The notes below the pieces were generated by a model. The model made no database searches and was not told where the DNA came from. It saw only the letters and a list, made by a program, of their open reading frames with translations. Of a DNA stretch of 29,795 nucleotides, positions 21,836 through 29,795 are shown piece after piece. A program made the translations under genes and the position numbers. Within the stretch, counting starts at the first letter, position 1. Each line of letters begins with the position of its first letter. This stretch comes from Toensbergia leucococca (Eukaryota), in assembly GCA_022813965.1 (NCBI GenBank), contig JALDZS010000038.1:124001-153795 (forward strand), written 5' to 3'.

Positions 21836-22900
21836 ATGGAAACACCAGACTTGTCACCATTGCTTGACCAGCTCGATGACAACATTGACTATTTAGAGGA
21901 AGCATTGTCTCCCTTGCTTCAGGCTCCTTTCTTTGATGCTGCGGTAAAACTTCCTTTACTTGACAAAGCCCAGTTCTACGTTCTCGTCACTTATGCTATT
22001 GAATCAACCCTATTCTGTACGTCTTCTACGCCTCTCACGTTCTACATTCGCTTATATTTGTAGCTTATTTACGACTAGACGGAGTCAATGCAAAAGAACA
22101 TCCCGTTTTTAGAGAGCTAGCAAGGGTTAAGCAGTACTTCACAAAAATCACCAACGCTGAAGCTGTGGGCACTAAAAGAGAAAACCTGGGTCTTGACAAG
22201 TCCGCTGCCGGACGTTTTATCAAACACGCATTGGTAACAGATCTCGTCGAGAACCAAATCCAAGGAAGACTGACTCGTTCATAATAGGCCGGAAATGATA
22301 AGTTTGACCTGAACCAAGCAGGACAGCAGGCGAAGCAGAAGGCTAGATCTCACATCAGATTTGATCAGGGCACGAAGAAGCGAAAGACAGATGAAGGCCA
22401 AATAAATGGAATCCAAAGTAATGCTTTGCTTCCAAAGTCCTCTGATTCCTCTGATTCTTCAAATTTATCCACCCCCACTTCGCCGCGGCAAAATGCAAAC
22501 CAGGTCTCGGCGAACCAAAGTAGTCAGGTAGAGCCAGACGTCTTGGCGGCCGAAATTGAAGAGACAGAGGATATGCCGGCGAAATCTCTCGGAGACAGTG
22601 GGGAAATTTTGCAGCTTTCTACGAAGAAAAGGAGAAAATTAAGGAAACAAGGTTTTCAAGAACCTGGAGTGGCCTATGCTGAAGGTCTCTATTTTACCTG
22701 TTGCAAATGCTAAGTAGAGTATCTTCACTGACTAGGAACCAGAAAGCATAATACCTTCCAAATCTGATCAATCGTCACATACAAACAGCAGTACATTTCA
22801 AGCACTTCTGAAAGGACCAATACCTATACAGGAGGACAGAAGAAATCAAAAGCATAAAACGAGGCATGCAAAGAACACCTCCAAGGCTGGTACTGAGTAA
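21836..22900 (+). CDS. LRP1: Nuclear exosome cofactor Lrp1/Rrp47 (C1D, Sas10/Utp3/C1D domain); exons 21836-22016, 22064-22233, 22288-22684, 22743-22900 (last exon less certain, otherwise stop at 22713)
   Basis: KLPLLDKAQFYVLVTYAIESTLFS/YLRLDGVNAKEHPVFRELARVKQYFTKI...LDKSAAGRFIKHAL/AGNDKFD is the C1D-family signature. Confidence 0.88.
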
Positions 22901-23381
22901 TGTACCCAGTTTTGTGTGATCGCTGCGGAATTTGCGATAGTATCAGGACTTGTCAAACAGCTTCTCGCAAGTCAATGCGTATTTATGGCCGATTCAGGTG
23001 AATAATGACTTGCCATCAGGCGCTGGAAATACGCTGGATTACGTTGCTTGTGTCTCCATTATGCTAATCTGCAATAGGATTGGCTACGGAGCTAGAAATT
23101 ACTCCAACGATCTTACACTAGGTACTATACAGAGATTGAAATGCCAATGGAGGGCGATGAGATAACGTAGTCTGTCAATGCTAGCTGAATGTCAACCAAT
23201 GGAGGTCGAATTGGTTATGGCAGATATGTGTATATTACGTATCAAGGATCAAAATCTCAAACCCTGAAATTGCATCGTGCGCGAGATCACAGGTACGGAC
23301 TCGAAAGGCTTGATACATAGGTACTCTTGAAATACAGTCTTGAGATGAATAATTACTATCTGTTCCTTGTGGTGAGAGCAA

Positions 23382-23415
23382 TACCTAGGTAGGGTGGTGG
23401 TAGGTACTCCGTACC
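23382..23415. promoter_or_regulatory. TACCTAGGTA + TACTCCGTA motifs upstream of MIX17
   Basis: Palindrome at 23382-23391 and exact 9-mer at 23405-23413. Confidence 0.55.
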
Positions 23416-23601
23416 TTAAGCTACCATGTAGAAGCGCTAATGCACAATTCATTACGGATTATTCGTACGGATCATTAGCGGTATCTATAGATTTCCTTTT
23501 TTGCATCTGCTTCGCCTTGACGCGTCGAAGAAAATTTTCAAGTCCAGCTTCATATATCCAAGTCAGAGTAGGGACTTACTCTCTTCCTCACACCATCAAA
23601 C

Positions 23602-24155
23602 ATGCCTCGTCAACGTCGCGGAGCCGTTGCACCAGCTCGAAGCGCACCGAGTCGCCCAACAGCTACTCCAGCAAGACCTAACGTAACGCGACCACAGCAA
23701 TCAAATCGCAGCGCAAGCACCGCCGCCCACCCACCAGCAACCGCCCAGCAGGCCAAAGGTCCAGCTCAAGCTGGACAAGGCTCCAGTCTGTTCGGCCAAA
23801 TGGCGAGTACCGCCGCTGGCGTCGCGGTCGGCTCGTCTATCGGCCATGCCATTGGTGGCTTCTTTGGCGGAGGATCCAGCAGTGCTCCTGCCGAAGCCCA
23901 GCAGACCGACAGTTCCGTGGCCAGCCAGGCGAATGATGCGGGATATCAGGGGGATAGCTGGGGATCTCGGAGCTGCGAGACGGACGCGAAGAGTTTTACC
24001 AAGTGCTTGGATGAGAATCAGGGCAACATGCAGATCTGTGGATGGTATTTGGATCAACTTGTGTGCCTCTCTTCTCAGGATGTTCTCTACAATTATAGTT
24101 GCTAACCTTGTTGTCAATGTAGAAAGCTTGTCAGTCTGCTGCGAGCCAATACTAA
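23602..24155 (+). CDS. MIX17: Mitochondrial intermembrane-space twin CX9C protein (CHCHD2/Mic17); exons 23602-24060, 24123-24155
   Basis: Arg-rich N-terminus, LFGQMASTAAGVAVGSSIGHAIG and the CHCH motif CETDAKSFTKC...CGWYLDQL/KAC. Confidence 0.94.
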
Positions 24156-24426
24156 ATTGGATTGAAAGCATGAGTCGGTTCTCTACAGGTGAACTGGCTG
24201 AATTCATCTCGAGTGAAGTATAGCATATGTTACGGAACATCACATTGTATTATTAGGATCCTACCGGGGCAAATATAGGTCCTATCGTCTCCACTTCCAA
24301 TTGCGTATCACAGTCGAGTGGGAATACAGAAATCGATTTTGCAATGCACAGATATGATCCCCATATTAATTTGCAAACCCAATCCCCAACTCCTTACTGG
24401 CATCATTACACCAGCCCTTGCGCAAA

Positions 24427-26065
24427 TCAGTCCTCCTTGTCGTCGTGGTCCCTCCGCGGCTCAAAATTAAGCTTGCCCGTCAGCACTCGTAGTAAATCGT
24501 TGTCGACGAGTTTACTTACATGATTTCCATTGTAAAATTGTTGATCGTCTTGGCCCTCACGCTGGTCCCTTAAAGTGCGGATATTTACTCCCTGTCCCGA
24601 ATCTCTTGCCACTGCCCCAGAATTGCCTTGTGTACCTTGCTCCAGAGTGGTGGCTGCAGGTTGGCCAACGCCAAGGAATGTTCCTAAAGCACCGGTGACC
24701 GTGCGAGCCCCAGCAGACAACGCATTGTAGCTAGTCAATATTCCTCTTGAGACTAGCCCAGGTCCGGCTGCATAAGCTGGTATATATCCTTGGACGGGCA
24801 CCATGACCAAAGTAGCACTGGGCGTAAGGTCAAGGGATTGGAGGCTCTCATCTTCTTCAGATATTGTGATCGCACGGTTCGGCATCGGCGCAAGGATCTG
24901 CCTGAAGGTGTACGGGGAATCACCGTCAGATCTTTGTCCATCGACCCAGTCCCTTACATGCGTTCGTAATGTCTGGTTGGAAGGAAATCGAGACCTTATG
25001 GTACTCCCATCAAAGAGTCGCACCTGCATGGCGCAGTCTTCTGAGCTTATCGATCCAGGAGCTGTCATCTCGCTCCACAATTGCCGATCAACAAGGCCTT
25101 CGGCTCCATCATTACCCTCACCTTCGGAGATGGCAAGAGCCTTTCGACGCTCCTCTCTTTCCCTTCGAGCGATCTTGTCATTCTCTATTTCCTTCAGAAT
25201 TCTTTCCCTTTCTAGCTTCGCTTCCTGTTGCCGTTTCCGCTGTTGCTGTGCAAAGCCAGCTTGCTTCGCCTTGGCGGACTCAGGTGCAATATCTATGGCC
25301 TCACGCCGAGCTTGGGCTTTCGCTATTCGCTCGGCTTTCTCTGCGGATTCTTTGGCCGTCTTGTCAACCTCTAGGCGCCGTCTCCGATCCTCAAACAAGT
25401 CTTGCACAGTAGACGCCGCACGTGGGGTGCTTGGAGGAAGCCTTGACGCGGTCAGGTTGGATGCATTGGGGGAATCTATTCCTTGAGCGAAAGCAGGGCG
25501 TGGGGATGGGGTAGCCGGGGCATCGTCCACTACGCCACCCAAAACTCCCATTAATTCCTGCTTGAAGTCGCTTTGGGTACGTCCAGACCGAACATGTAGG
25601 CAAAGCTGGCCATTACTTAAAGATGAATCAGTAATCTGAGGAGTGCAAGATTCATAAGATGATATTAGGCATCTTGAAGGATTGAGCATACTGAATGACA
25701 ACAATAGTTGGTACCTCCTGGACTGGGTAGAACGCTGATAAAAAGCCAGCTTCTTGAGAAGCTGCTTGCATACGGAGTGTGACTGCTTTTGAATCGAGGA
25801 GCACAGCGACCTTAAGCATTCAAGTCAGTACTTCGCGCTTGTGCCACGCGATGAACTCGTTCTACATCATGATCTCTTAGATATTCGTGTTCCCATAGCA
25901 GACTTTGCTCGCTATCATCTGGCTTTGATAAGTGAAAATGAGCTATGCGCCTCGCCAGGAGGAAATACGCTGAGGGAAGGACAAACCTCTTACGAAACAG
26001 AGGAGGTACTTCGACTCTCTTAGAGCCAAAGCGATACCGCTCTGTAGATCACCGGGATGAAACAT
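24427..26065 (-). CDS. UBX-domain Cdc48 cofactor (UBXN4/Ubx7-like); exons 26065-25987, 25918-25866, 25810-25692, 25615-24520, 24471-24427
   Basis: N-terminal thioredoxin-like MFHPGDLQSGIALA...EAGFLSAFYPV, a coiled coil (ERERILKEIENDK), a UBX domain (MQVRLFDGSTIRSRF...LTPSATLVMVP) and C-terminal QFYNGNH/LNFEP. Confidence 0.9.
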
Positions 26066-26223
26066 TGTTGAGGTAGTCAGATTTGTTTCGAGTTCTAAAG
26101 TGGGAGAGTGGTATAATATTCTACTGGTGCAAACATCAAATCACGATCCCACTTGTTTGCTTCATGTTCCACCCCCCCTCCTACTCAAAATCTGTATAAT
26201 ACATTCAGCACAAGCTATCGAAA

Positions 26224-27375
26224 ATGACTAAGATAGCTCAAGCATTACTTCGGCGCCTAAGTTCTCAATTTCAAGCTATATCTTGCGTTCAAAAGAAGAC
26301 TTTAGCATGTCCGAAGTGTGGACAACCGCCTCTCTTTCAGCGGCGATTTGCGCATACGCCGGCGGACGACCCGAATTTTTTTTCTATTGTTGACAATCCT
26401 CCTAATCTTGTGAAAAGTGGGAAGCGGCATGGCCCAGGCCTCATCGTGTTGGGTAGCCTCATTTCCCACCCCTGATTTCCCCTGATACTGATACGTCTAG
26501 CCCTCATCCCCTTGACTGCATTCGCTCTCGGAACATGGCAGGTCTTCCGGCTACGCTGGAAAACAGAATTGATTGCGAGGCTGGAAGATCGCATAGTTCG
26601 AAGTCCTCTGCCTTTACCCCCTCATATTGATCCTTCAGCGATTAAAGATTTCGACCACAGAAGAGTCTACACTGCAGGACAATTACGACATGACCAAGAA
26701 ATGCTAATAGGTCCGAGGATGCACGATGGGAATAATGGGTATCTGGTAGTGACACCATTGCAACGTGGTGGTAATGGATCGACCGTGTTAGTGAATAGAG
26801 GATGGATTCCGAAAAAGCTAAAGAGACAAATTGATCGGAAGGATGGGTTGCCACTGGGGGAAGTCACTGTGGAAGGCTTACTGAGAGAGCCGTGGAAGAA
26901 GAATATGTTCACGCCAGAAAATAGACCAGAAATAGGAGAATTCTACTTTCCAGATGTTGAGCAGATGGCCAAGGTGACGAAGAGTCAGGCAGTCTGGGTT
27001 GAAGAGACGATGGGTACCGACGAGTTCTCTCGCAAGAGTGGTGTACCAGCAGCTGACACATATGACAGAGCCGGACCTCCTGAAAGCATATGATAGAGAA
27101 GCAAAAGGTATTCCCATTGGTCGAGCAGCTGAAGTCAACCTCAGAAACAATCATACGCAATACATTTTCACTTGGTAAGCTAATCCCTGGGTATCTCGGG
27201 TTTCATATATAAGCGCCAGACTCCTTGCTCGTCAAGCCACTTCCATAAAAGCTTTGCTCATAGAAAACTCAATAGGTATGCCTTGTCAGCTGCTACCTCG
27301 ATCATGTTGTGGATGGTTATCAAGAAACCACCTTCGGATATCGTCCGGAGAGTCCGGCAAAACAAGGAATGGTGA
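26224..27375 (+). CDS. SHY1: SURF1-family cytochrome c oxidase assembly factor; exons 26224-26452, 26501-27013, 27069-27174, 27276-27375
   Basis: AFALGTWQV, LIGPR, GYLVVTPL, VLVNRGWIP and PIGRAAEVNLRNNHTQYIFTW/YALS. Confidence 0.95.
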
Positions 27376-27401
27376 TGTGAGACAGAGTCTTCGCTATTCA
27401 C

Positions 27402-29232
27402 TCATTCGTCCTCGTCCTCGTCCTCGGAACTCTCCAAGTATGATCCTCTACCTGTACGCTGTCGACTCTTTGTCAGAGGAGCCATACGAATTTCTTGAAG
27501 CAACTCTCTTGGCAGATGTTTCTGAGCCAGCGAGAACGGCGTTGTTGTAGCCGTGAGCTGTCGCTGTCTATGACTAATTATCAGCACTTATTTCCCACCG
27601 TCGAGGAAATCAAAGTTCTCATCGATGGGCTACCAGCGGATCACACACCTCTTCATAATTGTAATGATATCACTTTCGTCAATTGTTTTCCTGCCCGCGT
27701 GTTTGGCGTAAACGCTCAGATCATCACTCAGTTGTTCCAGAAACAAGTCACTTGCTTGCATGATAGCACTAAGAGCATCCTTGTTTACTTTTGCCCTGCT
27801 GCTTCCAGCTGTTCGAGCTAAGCTTGAAGCGAGTTTCTTGACCACTCCCACAGGCAGTGATGGATAGGGAATTCCGTGCCGCGAGAGTTTTTGAACCTTT
27901 GCCTTTCGTTTCTTGGACACCTCTGCCTGTTTCAAACCCCTGTGTTCAGCGGCCAAAGTAGACTCATCGTACTGACCTCGTCTCGTAGCTATCTGATCGT
28001 TCAAGTCCACTTCTGAGGATGGAGGACGTCTTGGAATTATTCCTGGTATGTCAAAAGCAAAAGTTGTATCATCTCCATTATCGAGTGGTTGCTGAAGTTG
28101 AATGTCGTCTGGACTACTGTGTTCATGAGGTGCGTTTTCGAGGATTGCGCGTCGCAGGTCCAGCGTGTCACTACTCTATTGTATCAACCTCGATCGTTTC
28201 AATTACATGAACGACTTCATCCTTACCCATGGTCAACATCTCCTGCAAAACCATCAAGAGCAGTCACATCCCTTTCAAGAGTTACATTCACGACGCTGCG
28301 GTCCGGCGCATCCTCTGATACGGAGCCTAGCCCAAGCTCGTTGATGTCGACAAAGCGATCACTTGTACGGACACTGCCAAAGCTACCTCGTGACAGCCGG
28401 CTCCCACTTTGCTCGTTTACCACTCGTCTTGGTACTTCTACTGATCTCTGAGACTGACTTTTATCTTCCAAAAGGACAGAAATCCGTGGTGGTGTGTTGA
28501 AACCATCGTCATCGTCTTGAAAATCTTGCATGGGTAATGAAAATCTTGGCTTGGGGATGTCTGGCTGTTTGTCGGACTCGTCTTCTTCTTCGTTGCTAAG
28601 TTTAGCAGGATTGGCTTGCGCAATCGTTGGTGAAGGTCCAGTGGGCTCAGTAGTACGGGCCAAGACTTTAAACAAGGTAATCAGATAGCCATTCTCCATG
28701 AATATGTAGATCTAGAAGAAAAAAAATTTTACCCTTGCTAAGATTCCTCAGGTTGTCTCTGGGCGTTTCGCGTTGTATTCGCCCGCTTTTCCGTCTATCA
28801 CGTCCCGGCGTAAGCGCTGTGGCTCGCCACTGTTTCAATGCCCGGATTCCATGTGGAGTTGTAGGCGACCCTCGCTTGGTATGAAGTGGGCGTAAAGGTC
28901 TGCCAGCGCCTGGGGTGAGTGACTGTTTCGCTGGTGTGTTTCGGCGCACAGATGTTGGCACAGCGCTGGAAGCGCGTCTCAAGGGTGTGGATGGCTTCTG
29001 TATTAGTCCTGCTAGATTCCGCAGCTATACCGCAAGAGTCTCAGATCAGACTCCCATTTCGCATCACTGGGCTCATACTAACATTGCCATATGGGGTGTC
29101 TTTGAGATCTTTTGTAACGTTTCGCCGCGGTGTCGTATGCGGTGACCTTATGGGGAATGAAAGCTCATCCTCTGTGCCAGACTCCACTCGATAGGATTTT
29201 CGGAAATATGGAGCCTTTCTTGAGGCAGACAT
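27402..29232 (-). CDS. cnp20: Kinetochore protein CENP-T (Cnp20/Cnn1-like) with C-terminal histone fold; exons 29232-29083, 29024-28733, 28665-28227, 28170-27649, 27567-27402
   Basis: Disordered TP-rich N-terminus (TPHG, TPGRDRRKSGRIQRETPRD) and the histone fold SRHGIPYPSLP...FLEQLSDDLSVYAKHAGRKTIDESD...MKR/QRQL...FSLAQKHLPRELLQEIRM. Confidence 0.9.
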
Positions 29233-29299
29233 AGTTAAGTGAGAAGAGGTGCGCGAGGGTGAAGCTGCAAATGATGTAGAAGCGGTACTCTGGGTACAT

Positions 29300-29363
29300 T
29301 ACTCGTACGGAGTATCTCAGCAGTGAAACACAGGACCAGGGATCACACAGCGTCTACTCCGTA
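29300..29363. promoter_or_regulatory. Inverted pair TACGGAGTA ... TACTCCGTA in the CENP-T / CMS1 divergent promoter
   Basis: Exact 9-mers at 29306-29314 and 29355-29363, with an overlapping TACTCGTA at 29300. Confidence 0.6.
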
Positions 29364-29533
29364 GTGTGGGGGCGGGACGGCGATAAGATAACTCTAACTA
29401 ACGCAGCCGGAAAATGAAATAGCCGTGCATTTTGCATCTTCATGTTTTCAAGTCGAATCTTCCAAAAGTGTGCGTCAGGTAGATTTATTCTTAGGGCAGG
29501 GCAGCCACCATCTTTCTGTAAGAGCTCGACAAC

Positions 29534-29795
29534 ATGTCTGAGGCAGAACCATCAAAAGGAGTGTCCGTCTCATTTAGTGGGCCACAGCATCAAATCTCGA
29601 TGCCCTCATCGTCACCATCTACTTCAAAAAAACGGAAAGGAGGTACCACCAATCATGGCGGCTCGAATAAGAAAGGAACAGCAAACAAACAAAGGATCAA
29701 GAAGATCAAGTTGAGTGAGGATGACACTATTGATATAGAGAATAGTGTCAGCCTTGCCATTGGGAGGATGGACCATCGCTTGCTCACAGACTATG
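29534..29795 (+). CDS. CMS1: Cms1 / CMSS1 90S pre-ribosome-associated protein, 5' part (runs off the window)
   Basis: Open frame from ATG 29534 to the window end. A Lys-rich N-terminus is followed by IDIENSVSLAIGRMDHRLLTDY, which matches my recollection of the fungal Cms1 N-terminal motif. Confidence 0.7.
   Translation, partial: MSEAEPSKGVSVSFSGPQHQISMPSSSPSTSKKRKGGTTNHGGSNKKGTANKQRIKKIKLSEDDTIDIENSVSLAIGRMDHRLLTDY

Noticed and set aside
23531..23540. AAAATTTTCA (RRPE-like) upstream of MIX17
   Set aside because: A single AT-rich match, and this yeast element is not established for this gene or lineage.
23701..24243. 180-aa minus-strand ORF
   Set aside because: Antisense shadow of GC-rich MIX17.
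24803..25486. 227-aa + strand ORF
   Set aside because: Antisense shadow of the UBX coding exon.
27175..27275. Longest intron (101 nt, SHY1) as a snoRNA host or stwintron
   Set aside because: No C/D boxes, H/ACA structure or nested splice signals were seen.
2959..29363. TACTCCGTA copies as a CRISPR array or MITE termini
   Set aside because: The copies are 9 bp, irregularly spaced in eukaryotic DNA, and lack shared internal sequence or target-site duplications.

Overview
Gene-dense, intron-rich genomic DNA from a filamentous ascomycete (Pezizomycotina, inferred from the short GT-AG introns, CTRAC/CTRAY branch points and gene content). I reconstructed 16 protein-coding genes by hand: ERF2 (-), a small NDUFA4/MLRQ-like membrane protein (+), PMT1 (-), PRP21 (+), SEC2 (-), PDCD5 (+), COQ4 (-), a membrane-anchored pepsin-like protein with a degenerate first catalytic motif (-), a Ser/Thr-rich GPI-type protein (+), a ketopantoate-reductase-family protein (-), LRP1/C1D (+), MIX17 (+), a UBX-domain protein (-), SHY1 (+), CENP-T (-) and the 5' part of CMS1 (+). 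I saw no RNA genes, transposons or CRISPR arrays. The strongest unexplained signal is the spaced palindrome TAC-TCC-GTA, with 9 exact copies, all in upstream intergenic regions of housekeeping genes and often arranged as inverted pairs. Other oddities: relaxed splice acceptors (two GAG, six AAG), an 11-nt microexon in PDCD5, a 36/72-nt Ser-Pro repeat tail on the pseudo-protease, and an eroded PanE-family gene with no simple start codon. All identities come from motif recognition; no database search was run.
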